Shown here piece after piece: positions 10,543 to 20,929 of a stretch of 64,000 nt of DNA. The DNA lies in the sequence record SRR31156797_2215. One strand, given 5' to 3'. Each line of letters starts with the position of its first letter. Positions within the stretch are counted from its first letter, which is position 1. Below the pieces are notes generated by a model. The model did not search any database. It saw only the letters and a list, made by a program, of their open reading frames with translations, and was not told the origin of the DNA. The position numbers and the translations under genes were made by a program.

Positions 10543-11367
10543 TTATTTCCAAAAATCGTCAAAAATCGTGACCGGCAAGTGGCGTTTATGTTGCGTTTTG
10601 TTCCACCAGTTTTCAATGGTTTGTTGGGCTTCAGCCGCAATTTCCTTGCCTTCTAAATAGTCATCGATGTCGTTGTAGGTCACTCCTAAAGCTGCTTCAT
10701 CTGCAACTAAAGGTTTGCCGTCTTCCAAGTCCGCAGTTGGGACTTTTGTATACAATGCTTCTGGTGCGCCTAAGTATTGCAAGAGTTGGCGGCCTTGGCG
10801 TTTGTTTAAACGAAACAGTGGTAAGATATCGGCACCGCCATCGCCGTATTTCGTAAAGAAGCCGGTGATATTTTCAGCAGCGTGATCCGTACCCAGAACA
10901 GCTCCTGCTTTTTCACCCGCAATGGCATATTGCGTAATCATCCGTTGACGGGCTTTGATATTGCCTTTATTAAAGTCAGAAACCGCTAAGCCTGCTTCTT
11001 CCACCGCTTGCACTTGGGCATCGACGGCGGCTTTGATGTTTACCCGCAGCTCAATATCTGGTTTGATAAATTCAATGGCTTTTTTTGCATCTTCTTCATC
11101 TGCTTGTTCCCCATAAGGTAAGCGTACCCCTATGAACTGATAGTTGGGATTCCCGGTTTCACTGCGCATTTCCTCCATCGTCAATTGCGCGATCCGGCCA
11201 GCTAATGTCGAATCTTGCCCACCACTGATCCCCAAGACAAACGTATGCAAGAACGAATTCTTTTGCAGATACGCCTTTAAAAAATCAATACTCTTACGAA
11301 CTTCTTCTTTCGGGTCGATGGTCGGTAAGACTCCTAATTCTTTGATAATTTCTTGTTGCATGGTCAT
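10543..11367 (-). CDS. nadE: Ammonia-dependent NAD+ synthetase
   Basis: [32 protein letters not shown]. Confidence 0.97.
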   Translation of the reverse strand: MTMQQEIIKELGVLPTIDPKEEVRKSIDFLKAYLQKNSFLHTFVLGISGGQDSTLAGRIAQLTMEEMRSETGNPNYQFIGVRLPYGEQADEEDAKKAIEFIKPDIELRVNIKAAVDAQVQAVEEAGLAVSDFNKGNIKARQRMITQYAIAGEKAGAVLGTDHAAENITGFFTKYGDGGADILPLFRLNKRQGRQLLQYLGAPEALYTKVPTADLEDGKPLVADEAALGVTYNDIDDYLEGKEIAAEAQQTIENWWNKTQHKRHLPVTIFDDFWK

Positions 11368-11429
11368 AGAAACGCCTCCTCTTATTTTTTGAAGCAGCTG
11401 ACTGATCCTAGGACCAGCGCAGTTGCGGA

Positions 11430-12896
11430 TTACAAAATCGCGCCATTGGTTTGTTTACGTACTTTTTCAATCGTCCGCATTTTATGATCCCAACATTCTT
11501 GCGAGAGATCAACTGGGTACTTCTGTGGATTCAAATCACGTTTGTACTCATCCCAAAGGGAATCCAAGCAATTCGTCGCATAGGCTTTGACGTGTTCTAA
11601 GTCAGGTACTTGATACACTTGCTGGCCATCTACAAAGATATCTTGCAACAATGGTCGCGCATCAAAGTTCGTCACTGTTTTGTTGATAAAAGTGTGAACA
11701 GGATGGAACATGAACAGTTCGTCTGCTGCTTGCGGATTTTCTTCCCATAGCGTGACATAATCGCCTTCTGACTTGCCGTCCGATTTACGGGTGATCCGCC
11801 AGACTTGTTTTTTCCCAGGGGTCGAAACCTTTTCGGCATTGCTGGATAATTTGATGGTGTCGATCATTTCTCCCTGCTCATTTTCGATGGCAACCAGTTT
11901 ATAAACCGCACCTAATGCCGGTTGATCGTAAGCGGTGATCAGCTTGGTGCCGACACCCCATACATCGATTTTCGCCTTTTGCATTTTCAAGCTTAGAATC
12001 GTATTTTCGTCTAGATCATTGGAAGCATAGACTTTGGCTTCCGTGAATCCCGCTTCATCCAACTGTTCACGGACTTTTTTCGAGATATAGGCCATATCGC
12101 CGCTGTCGATCCGCACACCTAAGAAATTGATCTTATCCCCCATCTCTTTGGCCACACGAATCGCATTTGGCACACCTAAACGCAAGGTATCATAGGTATC
12201 GACTAAGAATACGCAATCTTTGTGGGTTTGGGCATACGCCATAAATGCATCATAGTCATTGCCGTAGGATTGCACGAGGGAATGGGCGTGGGTTCCGCTG
12301 GCTGGGATGCCAAAAATCTTCCCTGCCCGCACATTACTCGTCGCATCCGCTCCGCCAATATAAGCCGCTCGGGTCCCCCAAATGGCTGCATCCAATTCTT
12401 GTGCCCGACGTGAACCAAATTCCAACAAGGGATCCGTGCCGATCACGGATTTGATGCGGGCAGCTTTCGTGGCGATCAAGGTTTGGAAATTGACCATATT
12501 CAGTAGCGCTGTTTCGATCAGCTGCGCTTGTGCTAACGGCCCTTCTACTTGAATGATTGGTTCATTGTTGAAGACTAAATCGCCTTCTAACGCTGAACGA
12601 ACGGTACAAGCAAACTTGAACTCCTTTAGATACTCTAAAAAGGCTTCTGGGTAGCCGCCGATTTCTCGCAAGTAGGCAATATCCGTTTCTGAAAAGGATA
12701 AATCGTTCAAATAATCGATCAAACGTTCCAGACCGGCAAAGATCGCATAGCCATTTTCAAAAGGCATGTCACGGAAATAGCATTCAAACACCGCATTACG
12801 ATCGGCTCTGCCTAACTCCCAATAGGTTTGCATCATGTTGATTTGGTAGAGATCGGTGTGCAGCGTCAAGCTGTCATCTTTAAATAATTTCTGCAT
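11430..12896 (-). CDS. pncB: Nicotinate phosphoribosyltransferase
   Basis: TDLYQ, EFGSRR, GTHAHS, RIDSGD, GVGT; adjacent to nadE. Confidence 0.96.
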   Translation of the reverse strand: MQKLFKDDSLTLHTDLYQINMMQTYWELGRADRNAVFECYFRDMPFENGYAIFAGLERLIDYLNDLSFSETDIAYLREIGGYPEAFLEYLKEFKFACTVRSALEGDLVFNNEPIIQVEGPLAQAQLIETALLNMVNFQTLIATKAARIKSVIGTDPLLEFGSRRAQELDAAIWGTRAAYIGGADATSNVRAGKIFGIPASGTHAHSLVQSYGNDYDAFMAYAQTHKDCVFLVDTYDTLRLGVPNAIRVAKEMGDKINFLGVRIDSGDMAYISKKVREQLDEAGFTEAKVYASNDLDENTILSLKMQKAKIDVWGVGTKLITAYDQPALGAVYKLVAIENEQGEMIDTIKLSSNAEKVSTPGKKQVWRITRKSDGKSEGDYVTLWEENPQAADELFMFHPVHTFINKTVTNFDARPLLQDIFVDGQQVYQVPDLEHVKAYATNCLDSLWDEYKRDLNPQKYPVDLSQECWDHKMRTIEKVRKQTNGAIL

Positions 12897-12972
12897 GTTC
12901 TTACTCCCTCTAGCTTACTTCTTCTCATTATAGCAAAAAAAACACAAAAGACAGAAAAACTTGTTTTTTCAA

Positions 12973-13137
12973 AAAAAAGTTGGGCTTTTGCCAGTACAAG
13001 GCAATCCATCTGAGAACAAATTGCTCCAAAGCATGGGTCAGCCTCCTACTTATTGCGCATTATTTGCGCGCTCGTATAAGGTCGCCCCTTTGTTCAACGT
13101 TTGATTGCTCTTGCAACGTGCATGTCCCAACTTCTTT
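12973..13137. repeat. ~165-bp intergenic element bounded by terminal inverted repeats
   Basis: aaaaaagttggg (12973-12984) versus cccaacttcttt (13126-13137), one mismatch; internal gcgca-ttatt-tgcgc hairpin. Confidence 0.4.
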
Positions 13138-13140
13138 CAA

Positions 13141-13497
13141 CTAGTGTTCTTTCACAGGCAATTGAACAAGAATGACATCTTTTCTCGGTTTAGAAAAGGT
13201 GATGCCTCTTGCTTCCATTTCTTTACGAATATTGATATTGACGGTCACGTCTTTGCGATCGACCTTCAGCAAACGATGAATCGCTGTATCGACTTCTTCC
13301 CGACTGATTTTCTTTTTATTGTTGATCAATACTAAAGAAATCGTATCAAAACTATCCACATAGAGAATCTGCGTCCGATCAAGCGAATACAATTTATAGT
13401 ATTTGATCGCTATTTTGTCGAATAGATACTTGGAGATGTTCGGGTAAAAAGTTTCCATATTTAGATTTTGGTTTACTGGGGTTTCAATCAACTTCAT
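13141..13497 (-). CDS. Conserved hypothetical protein (DUF1827-like)
   Basis: Y.L.RT.ILY ... I.R.EVD..I..L pattern; RBS GAGAGGA; overlaps upstream HAD gene. Confidence 0.6.
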   Translation of the reverse strand: MKLIETPVNQNLNMETFYPNISKYLFDKIAIKYYKLYSLDRTQILYVDSFDTISLVLINNKKKISREEVDTAIHRLLKVDRKDVTVNINIRKEMEARGITFSKPRKDVILVQLPVKEH

Positions 13498-14365
13498 GCA
13501 CAACATCCTCTCTCGAAACTAATTCTGTTAAAATAAAGCGGCCAACACCGCCGTCTTCCGCGCGCTCAATGGTTCGATCACAAACTGCTTTGATCGCTGG
13601 GCTGGCATTTGCTACAGCCAAAGAAACATCCACCGCTTCAAACATCGCAAGGTCATTTTCACCATCACCGATCCCGTAGCTTTTGGCAGCGGGAAAAGCT
13701 TCTAAAAAGCTACGGATCGCCGCACCTTTGGTCGCCAATGGATCAACGATTTCCAGTGTTTGGACAAAGGATTGAAAAATCGCTGCCGTTTCTGACTGGA
13801 TCATCGCCCGCAGCCGTTCTCTTTTTTCGTCTGACGCTTCCATCAGTTCGATTTTGATGACCTTTATCTCTGGATGTTCCTTCATAAACTGCAACACGTC
13901 GTCTTTATGAAGGCATTCGTTGTAGAAGAACTCGTATTTGTAGTCAGCGATGATTTGCCCTCGCTCCCCTAACTCCGCGAGTAGCTGCTTACGGCTTTCT
14001 TGAAATTGCGCTTCATACAAATGCGCTTGTGGGGAAATGATGCCATGGTCAGTATGTAAGAAATAAAAAACCGCTTCTGTCTCTAAGATACCAATCACTT
14101 GTGCCAATGTCTTATAGGGTAAGGTATGCGTCAAAACAGGCGCTTCTCCTTTTATCATCAGACCGGCGCCGTTTCCGAAAATCACATCGCAGGAAAGGCC
14201 TTCTTCCGCCATCATATCTTGAACAAGCTCAAATCCTCGCCCTGTGACAAACACAAAGTGATCCCCTTGGGCTTGCAAACAACGGATGGCTTCTTTATTG
14301 ATCTCATGAATCGGGTGCCCCATTTCTTGAAACGTCCCATCAATATCAGAAAAAACTATTTGCAT
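13484..14365 (-). CDS. Cof-type HAD-IIB hydrolase
   Basis: DIDGT, VTGR, TKG, GDGENDLAM. Confidence 0.9.
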   Translation of the reverse strand: MQIVFSDIDGTFQEMGHPIHEINKEAIRCLQAQGDHFVFVTGRGFELVQDMMAEEGLSCDVIFGNGAGLMIKGEAPVLTHTLPYKTLAQVIGILETEAVFYFLHTDHGIISPQAHLYEAQFQESRKQLLAELGERGQIIADYKYEFFYNECLHKDDVLQFMKEHPEIKVIKIELMEASDEKRERLRAMIQSETAAIFQSFVQTLEIVDPLATKGAAIRSFLEAFPAAKSYGIGDGENDLAMFEAVDVSLAVANASPAIKAVCDRTIERAEDGGVGRFILTELVSREDVVHEVD

Positions 14366-14424
14366 CTTATCTTCCTTTCTTTGTTATAATTATAGCACAT
14401 TTAAAAAAACGCAAAAAAATTTTC

Positions 14425-14455
14425 TTGACTTTGTCGTTACGTCAACCTTTAGGAT
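14425..14455 (+). promoter_or_regulatory. MerR-type promoter with 19-bp spacer and dyad operator
   Basis: -35 TTGACT (14425-30), 19-nt spacer, -10 TAGGAT (14450-55); dyad TTGAC-N11-GTCAA resembling Mta/TipA operators. Confidence 0.8.
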
Positions 14456-14479
14456 ACAGGTGTAAGGAGGGAAAAGCCG

Positions 14480-15253
14480 ATGGAATATACGATCAGTGCC
14501 TTAGCCAAACTGTCAGGAGTCAGCAGCCGTACCCTGCGGTATTATGATCAGATCAAGTTGTTACAACCGCAACGCACCAACTCAGCTGGTTACCGTATCT
14601 ACGGGAGACAGGAAGTCGATCGCCTACAGCAGATTTTGTATTTTAAGTCTTTTGGGCTGTCATTAGAAACGATCCGCGGGATCTTGGATGAGCCGCAAGC
14701 ATCGATCCAAACGGTCTTGTTGCAGCATTACCAACAGCTTTTACAAGAGCGAGCAGCCCTGGACAGTCTTTTGACCACCTTAGCGCAAACAATTGATTAT
14801 TATGAAGGAGAAAAGACGATGACCGATCAAGAGAAATTCAGTTATTTTAAGAAACAAAAAATTCGTGAAAACGAAGCAAACTACGGTGCCGAGTTACGAG
14901 AAACCTACGGTGAGGAGATCATCGAAAAAAGCAACCAAAAGTGGCAGCAGATGACCCAAGTCGATTATCAAGCACTGACCGACAACGAAAACCGCTTATT
15001 GCAGCTGTTAAAAGAGCTATTGACTGAAAAGGAAGGGAAACGAATCCCTTCTGACAAAGCCCAAATGGCTTTTGCTGCACATCAAGCATGGCTCAAACAA
15101 GCAGCACCCTTTTACTCAGCAAAATATCACCGATCTTTAGGGGAAATGTACGTTCAAGACGAGCGTTTTACCGCCTATTACGATCAAAAAGCGGGCGTCG
15201 GCAGCGCCCAGCTGTTGAAACAGATCATTGACCATTACACCGAATCCCATTAA
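14480..15253 (+). CDS. MerR family regulator, Mta/TipA type with TipAS domain
   Basis: N-terminal GVSSRTLRYYD...GYRIY HTH; C-terminal E....YG and LGEMYVQDERF..YYD TipAS signature. Confidence 0.92.
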   Translation: MEYTISALAKLSGVSSRTLRYYDQIKLLQPQRTNSAGYRIYGRQEVDRLQQILYFKSFGLSLETIRGILDEPQASIQTVLLQHYQQLLQERAALDSLLTTLAQTIDYYEGEKTMTDQEKFSYFKKQKIRENEANYGAELRETYGEEIIEKSNQKWQQMTQVDYQALTDNENRLLQLLKELLTEKEGKRIPSDKAQMAFAAHQAWLKQAAPFYSAKYHRSLGEMYVQDERFTAYYDQKAGVGSAQLLKQIIDHYTESH

Positions 15254-15307
15254 AAAAACGATGCGCAAGCACTGCCCGCTCAGGGGCTTTGTTTGCGCAT
15301 CGTTTCG
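15253..15307. terminator. Bidirectional terminator between MerR and LacI genes
   Basis: aaacgatgcgcaa...ttgcgcatcgttt long stem. Confidence 0.8.
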
Positions 15308-15313
15308 TCTATG

Positions 15314-16231
15314 CTATCGTTTGATGAACTCATAGGGCATGCGATAGTTGCCGCTTTTTTCCATTATCGCCAATTGGACGGCAGTCTCCCCGCAAGCTTG
15401 CAAGTGATGATCGATCGTTGAAAGCTGTAGCAGCTCACTGATGTATAAATTGTCCCGTCCAATCACGAGCCATTCTCCCGGCGCCTGTGACTGGATCCCA
15501 GCAGCAACATGATCCCCATTGGTGAAAATCGCTTCGACCCCTTTATCTGCAAAATAAGCAGCTGCTTCTTTGCCATCTTCTTCCGTCAAACAATCCCAAA
15601 AGATCAAGTCTTCGGAAAAAGTCGAAAAATAGTCATGAGCCAAACGGACCGTGATTTTTGAATTGCTGCTGAGCTTGCGGCTACGTCCCAATGTCACGCC
15701 GATTTTCTGGATGCCTTGTTCCTTAAAATACGTGAAGACCTCCTTGATCGATTCCTCTCGATCGATATAGGTGCAGCCGTCAGTCAAATACGAGATATTT
15801 TCACAAAAGACGATGCGTCCGTATGAACGATAAGGCAATAATGTTTCGATCGGATTCGCCCGCGAGGCAATGATCAAAGCATCAAAGCTTTTCGCCGCAA
15901 ATTCTTGCAAATATGCTTCCTCTACTTGCGGATCATAGTTCGTGGCTAAAAGCGTCACCTTATAGCCACGAGCAAACGCTGCTGTCGTGATGCCGCTCAA
16001 TAATCGATCAAAATAGGGATGATTGACAAACGGCAGGATCACGCCGATGTTTTTGGTTTTGCCGACACTTAATGCCCGCGCCGTGTAATTCGGAATATAG
16101 TTGACCTCTTCCATGACAGCCAGGATCTTACGACGCTTTTCTTCACTGACATAAGGATTGTTATTAATGACTCGTGAAACCGTTGAGACCGAATAGCCGG
16201 TCAAGCGTGCAATATCCCGAATGTTTGCCAT
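15314..16231 (-). CDS. LacI family transcriptional regulator
   Basis: NIRDIARLTGYSVSTVSRVIN HTH, PN..AR.L hinge, STIDH. Confidence 0.92.
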   Translation of the reverse strand: MANIRDIARLTGYSVSTVSRVINNNPYVSEEKRRKILAVMEEVNYIPNYTARALSVGKTKNIGVILPFVNHPYFDRLLSGITTAAFARGYKVTLLATNYDPQVEEAYLQEFAAKSFDALIIASRANPIETLLPYRSYGRIVFCENISYLTDGCTYIDREESIKEVFTYFKEQGIQKIGVTLGRSRKLSSNSKITVRLAHDYFSTFSEDLIFWDCLTEEDGKEAAAYFADKGVEAIFTNGDHVAAGIQSQAPGEWLVIGRDNLYISELLQLSTIDHHLQACGETAVQLAIMEKSGNYRMPYEFIKR

Positions 16232-16244
16232 GACTCACTGCTCC

Positions 16245-16508
16245 TTAAACGAATAATTGTTCTTTCATATAGTCTATCACACTTAACCCACATGTATAAA
16301 ATTCATAGTAATCGTTGTGATGGATAAATCCGATGCGCTGAGACCCGAAGTGTTCATCACACGTCAAGTGACTGATCTCATCCACAGGAATTTCTACTAA
16401 CCGTTCTTGAAAGAACCCTTTTGGCTTCGTCAATACCAGTTGTTGTCCATCAAATGCCAACGTCACATAACAACATTCCGCACCATTTTTTTTCATGTAT
16501 GTATTCAT
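16245..16508 (-). CDS. Small hypothetical protein (possible bacterial PH-like fold)
   Basis: 87-aa ORF with AAGGAAGG RBS, 13 nt upstream of LacI gene; beta-rich L....KGFF......IP..EI pattern. Confidence 0.6.
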   Translation of the reverse strand: MNTYMKKNGAECCYVTLAFDGQQLVLTKPKGFFQERLVEIPVDEISHLTCDEHFGSQRIGFIHHNDYYEFYTCGLSVIDYMKEQLFV

Positions 16509-16550
16509 GTTTCCATCCCGCCTTCCTTTTTATAAATCAAGCATACTGTA

Positions 16551-16564
16551 TGAAACGCGTCTCA
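16551..16564. promoter_or_regulatory. LacI/cre-like operator
   Basis: TGAAACGCGTCTCA, near-perfect CG-centred dyad upstream of the small-protein/LacI operon. Confidence 0.55.
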
Positions 16565-16702
16565 GAGCAAGTCATTTGTTTCACTTTTTAACAAAAACCG
16601 ATCGACTTTCATGTGAATTACTTCGCATATTTTGCTTTTGTTGGTACAATAAAAAGAGAACAGTGCGAAAGGAAGCGCGATTTTTTTAAGGAGGACCGCA
16701 AA

Positions 16703-16951
16703 GTGACATTAGAAGAAGCTTTTTTATTAGACACCTTGCGATGCCGCTTCAAATTTTTAAGAGAAGAACGCGGATTGAGCCCAAAAGAAGTATGCCAGCA
16801 TCTCGATGTGCCTTACCCCGATTACACCTTATACGAAGCAGGCGATCGCTTACCCGATGTATTGACGCTGTTACACGCAGCTTCCCTCTATAATGTCTCT
16901 GTCGATTACTTACTAGGACAGACAGAACGACCAGAACGGTATTTATGCTAA
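16703..16951 (+). CDS. XRE-family helix-turn-helix regulator
   Basis: LREERGLS..EV...L...Y..YE.G.R.P ... A.LYNVSVDYLLG; GTG after AAGGAGG; TGGTACAAT extended -10 near 16642. Confidence 0.85.
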   Translation: MTLEEAFLLDTLRCRFKFLREERGLSPKEVCQHLDVPYPDYTLYEAGDRLPDVLTLLHAASLYNVSVDYLLGQTERPERYLC

Positions 16952-17126
16952 CAATCGACTTTATCGAAAAAACGATCAAACGGTCGTTTTTTCTTTTGTC
17001 TCTTTCCCACTTTTAATCAATTAGCAACAATCGTTATCTAATCGAATGAAAAAATCAAAACATGCGGTTCTTCTTGAAAAAAAATGATAGAATAAACCAT
17101 CATACATAGAAGGAGTTCAAATAAAC

Positions 17127-18062
17127 ATGACCTATGCACTAGAACTAACCGATTTACGCAAAGTCTATGCTACCGGCGTTGAAGCGTTGCGGGGCATAAA
17201 TTTGACGGTGGAAGAAGGCGACTTTTATGCCTTGTTAGGCCCAAACGGCGCTGGAAAGTCCACCACCATCGGCATTATCACCTCTCTTGTCAATAAATCT
17301 TCCGGAAGCGTCAAAGTCTTCGGCTACGATTTAGACAAAGAATTGGTCCAAGTCAAACAACAGATTGGTCTGGTTCCCCAAGAATTCAATTTCAATCCCT
17401 TTGAAACGGTCCAGCAGATCGTCGTCAATCAAGCTGGGTATTATGGTGTCCCCCGCAACGAAGCCATCAAGCGCAGCGAAAAATACTTGAAGCAGTCGAA
17501 TTTGTGGGAAAAACGCAATGTTCGTGCGCGGATGCTGTCGGGCGGGATGAAACGCCGTTTGATGATTGCTCGTGCCCTGATGCATGAACCACGGCTATTG
17601 ATTTTGGATGAACCGACGGCAGGTGTCGATATCGAATTGCGTCGGGAAATGTGGAGCTTTTTGCGGGAGCTGAACCAAAATGGCACAACGATCATTTTGA
17701 CGACCCATTATTTAGAAGAGGCGGAAATGCTTTGCCGCAACATCGGGATCATTCAATCTGGTGAACTGATCGAAAACACCAGCATGAAATCCTTGTTGGC
17801 AAAACTGCAATTTGAAACCTTTCTTTTTGATATCGCACCGATCAAACAAGCACCAACGATCACTGGATATCCGATCCAAATGGAAGATGAACAGACCATC
17901 GCCGTTGAAGTCGCTCGAGACCAAGGCGTCAACGATCTTTTTGCTCAATTCAGCCAGCAAGGGATCAATGTCCTCTCCATGCGCAACAAATCCAATCGCT
18001 TGGAAGAACTATTTTTGAAAATCACCGAAGAAGCACACGAAGCGGAGGAAAACCATGTTTAG
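17127..18062 (+). CDS. ABC-2 type transporter ATP-binding protein (YadG-like)
   Basis: GPNGAGKST, LSGGMKRR, LDEPTAGVD, TTHY. Confidence 0.93.
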   Translation: MTYALELTDLRKVYATGVEALRGINLTVEEGDFYALLGPNGAGKSTTIGIITSLVNKSSGSVKVFGYDLDKELVQVKQQIGLVPQEFNFNPFETVQQIVVNQAGYYGVPRNEAIKRSEKYLKQSNLWEKRNVRARMLSGGMKRRLMIARALMHEPRLLILDEPTAGVDIELRREMWSFLRELNQNGTTIILTTHYLEEAEMLCRNIGIIQSGELIENTSMKSLLAKLQFETFLFDIAPIKQAPTITGYPIQMEDEQTIAVEVARDQGVNDLFAQFSQQGINVLSMRNKSNRLEELFLKITEEAHEAEENHV

Positions 18063-18825
18063 TCTTTATTTTACAGCCTTAAAAAGTTTAGCGGTCAAAG
18101 AGACCAACCGCTATCTACGGATTTGGGTGCAGACCCTCGTCCCACCCGTCATCACTACTTCCTTATACTTCATTATCTTTGGGAAAATGATTGGCAGCCG
18201 CATCGGCGAAATGGGCGGCTTTTCTTATATGGAATTTATCGTTCCTGGGCTGATCATGATGTCGACGATCACCAGCTCTTACTCCAATGTGTCTTCTTCC
18301 TTCTTTTCACAGAAGTTTCAAAAAAACATTGAGGAACTCTTAGTGGCGCCGGTTCCTACTCACGTCATCATTTGGGGCTTTGTCTTTGGCGGACTTGGCC
18401 GTAGTATCTTGGTGGGCACATTGGTGACCATCATTTCCCTTTTCTTCGTGCCATTACATGTGTATTCTTGGGTCATCGTTGTCTTAACCCTAGTCATGAC
18501 CGCCATCTTATTTTCATTAGCAGGGTTGCTAAATGGGATCTTCGCCCAATCCTTTGACGATGTTTCCATCGTGCCAACCTTTGTTTTACAACCATTGACC
18601 TATCTTGGAGGCGTCTTTTACTCCATCAGCATGCTGCCGCCGATTTGGCAAACGATCTCCAAAGTCAACCCGATCGTGTATATGATCTCTGGTTTCCGCT
18701 ACGGCTTTTTAGGCACCATCGATGTCCCAATTTTCCTATCCATCGGTATTTTGGTCTTGTTCATTGTTGTCTTATACAGCGTATGCTGGTACTTGATCCA
18801 AAAAGGCCGCGGGCTGCGTAGTTAA
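18055..18825 (+). CDS. ABC-2 type transporter permease (YadH-like)
   Basis: W.QTL.PP, FIVPGLIMM, LGGVFYS, NPIVY; about 6 TM. Confidence 0.92.
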   Translation: MFSLYFTALKSLAVKETNRYLRIWVQTLVPPVITTSLYFIIFGKMIGSRIGEMGGFSYMEFIVPGLIMMSTITSSYSNVSSSFFSQKFQKNIEELLVAPVPTHVIIWGFVFGGLGRSILVGTLVTIISLFFVPLHVYSWVIVVLTLVMTAILFSLAGLLNGIFAQSFDDVSIVPTFVLQPLTYLGGVFYSISMLPPIWQTISKVNPIVYMISGFRYGFLGTIDVPIFLSIGILVLFIVVLYSVCWYLIQKGRGLRS

Positions 18826-18832
18826 TTGCAAT

Positions 18833-18875
18833 AAAAAAAAGATGAACTTCATTAATGAAGCTCATCTTTTTTTTT
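18833..18875. terminator. Bidirectional intrinsic terminator
   Basis: aaaaaaaagatga...tcatctttttttt. Confidence 0.85.
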
Positions 18876-18876
18876 A

Positions 18877-20706
18877 TTAGGCATTCAAAACGACTTTTTC
18901 CAGCAATGCACCGGCTTGGTGTCTGCCTTCTAAATCAGTACTTCCAGAAAATTGCTGCACGCGATCCATGTTGGTGATCAAAACGATCACCATGGTTTCT
19001 TTGCCTTGCTGCTTGATATAAGGTAGATCCATTTGTGCCAGTTTGGTTTGCGGAGTGACTTGCTCCCCAGCTTTGACAAAGACATCAAAGCCTTGTCCGC
19101 CAAGTGAGACTGTATCGATCCCCATATGCACAAGAACTTCAACGCCGTTTTGGGTTTTGATCCCGACGGCATGTTTTGAAGGGAACACAGTGGTGACTTC
19201 GCCACTGACCGGTGCAAAGATTTGCCCATCTTGTGACTCGATGGCATAGCCTTCTCCCATCATTTTCGTTGAAAAAACTTCATCTGGTACATCTTCTAAT
19301 GGGACATATTCTCCATGGGTCACGGCATGCAGATCCACTTCGTTGGTGTAACGATCGCCTTCGGCTGCTTGATTTGGTACCAAGAACCAGCTCATTGCAA
19401 AGGATAAGCCGATTGCCAAGATGATCCCTAAAACGGCATAGACAAAGTATTCCCCAATATAGGCTGGCAAACTAAAGATACTTGAAAGAATATATCCATA
19501 AATCCGAACACCGAAGAAACTGATGAAGGCAGACGCCACAGAACTACCAACTGTTGCTGCGATGAAGGCTTTTTTATACTTCGACAAAATCCCGAATAAC
19601 GCAGGTTCTGTGATCCCTAACAAGCCCGAAACAGCCGAAGATAGAATGATCGATTTTTCTTCTTTGGTTTTGACTTTGAAATAAATAGCTGCTGTTGCGC
19701 CGGTGATTGCCATATTTGCCATAAACATCATTGGCATCAGCATATCATATCCTTGATTGGCAAAGTTTTGCAAAGCGATCGGGGTCATGGCATGATGCAG
19801 TCCCGTGAAGATTGCGATTGGTCGAATCGCCCCTACCACGATTCCTGCTAAGACAGGCGAGATAGTGAATAATCCAGCCACGCCAGCAGCCAATAAGTTT
19901 CCTAGATGGATACTGATTGGGCCAATGACCGTTAATGTCAAGATACCAGCGACAAACAACGAAACCGTCGGTGTAAACACGGTACGCAGCACTTGTGGTA
20001 AGAGTTTATCGACCCAACGGTAAATATAACTGAGCGCCAGCACGGCAAAGATAATGGGAATCACTGTCCCTGCATAGTTAAAGACGGGTACTGGCAATAC
20101 GCCGAACAAACGAAAGGCGGAAATGCTCCCTTCGGCTACCGCATTGGTCATCGTTGGAAATTGCAGCGTTGCCGCGATTGCGATCGCTAAATATTGATTG
20201 GTTTTAAAAATCCGAGCGGCAGAAGCAGCAACAAAAAATGGCAAGAATGTGAATACGCCGCTCGCGATCATGTCGATCACTAAATAGGTATCTGTTTGAT
20301 TAGAGATGACATTCAATGCCACCAATCCAGCCATCAATCCTTTGATCATTCCTGCGCCAGCGATAGCTGGAACGATCGGACCAAAAACGCCAGAAACGGT
20401 ATCCATAAATAAGGAAACGGCTCCTTTTTTCTCTGATGTTTCCCCTTGATTCGCTTCATCAAGACCTAATTCTTTGGCTAAAGGTGCATAATAATCAGCA
20501 ACATCCGTTCCTATCACTACTTGCAGCTGATTGCTTTGATATTTTGTTCCTACGACTTTGGGTGTTTTTTCTAACGCCGCATAGTCGACTTTTTTCTCAT
20601 CCTTTAAATCAAAACGCAAGCGAGTCATACAGTGCCATGCATTGTTGATATTGTCTGATCCGCCAACATCTTTAATGATCTGTTTTACGATGTCTTCTTT
20701 GGTCAT
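18877..20706 (-). CDS. PTS transporter EIIBCA, Glc/beta-glucoside (BglF-like) family
   Basis: EIIB HCMTRLRF, EIIC GLHH and GITEPA, EIIA KHAVG and VHMGIDTV; start MTKEDIV after GGGGG. Confidence 0.92.
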   Translation of the reverse strand: MTKEDIVKQIIKDVGGSDNINNAWHCMTRLRFDLKDEKKVDYAALEKTPKVVGTKYQSNQLQVVIGTDVADYYAPLAKELGLDEANQGETSEKKGAVSLFMDTVSGVFGPIVPAIAGAGMIKGLMAGLVALNVISNQTDTYLVIDMIASGVFTFLPFFVAASAARIFKTNQYLAIAIAATLQFPTMTNAVAEGSISAFRLFGVLPVPVFNYAGTVIPIIFAVLALSYIYRWVDKLLPQVLRTVFTPTVSLFVAGILTLTVIGPISIHLGNLLAAGVAGLFTISPVLAGIVVGAIRPIAIFTGLHHAMTPIALQNFANQGYDMLMPMMFMANMAITGATAAIYFKVKTKEEKSIILSSAVSGLLGITEPALFGILSKYKKAFIAATVGSSVASAFISFFGVRIYGYILSSIFSLPAYIGEYFVYAVLGIILAIGLSFAMSWFLVPNQAAEGDRYTNEVDLHAVTHGEYVPLEDVPDEVFSTKMMGEGYAIESQDGQIFAPVSGEVTTVFPSKHAVGIKTQNGVEVLVHMGIDTVSLGGQGFDVFVKAGEQVTPQTKLAQMDLPYIKQQGKETMVIVLITNMDRVQQFSGSTDLEGRHQAGALLEKVVLNA

Positions 20707-20766
20707 CTTTTTTTCCCCCTGTTGTTTGCTAACGGTCCTGATCCTTTTGACGGGCGCCCTTTCAGG

Positions 20767-20814
20767 TGTTTCCGTTTTCACACACATAGTAGCATGCTCA
20801 CACAGACTTGTAAA
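20767..20814 (-). promoter_or_regulatory. PTS promoter with downstream cre site
   Basis: Minus strand TTTACA-17-TACTAT (TG-extended); TGAAAACGGAAACA cre-like box at 20767-20780. Confidence 0.6.
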
Positions 20815-20929
20815 ACCAGTCCTTTTTTGATAAAACCAGAATAAAAACGCTATATATCAACGTTTTATTATAAAATAGGCAAAAATTGGACTGGTTTTAT
20901 GGTGTATATCCAGTTTTTATTAGACCAAA

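Noticed and set aside
16703-16951. XRE regulator as a prophage or toxin-antitoxin remnant
   Set aside because: No adjacent integrase, phage gene, toxin or att site.
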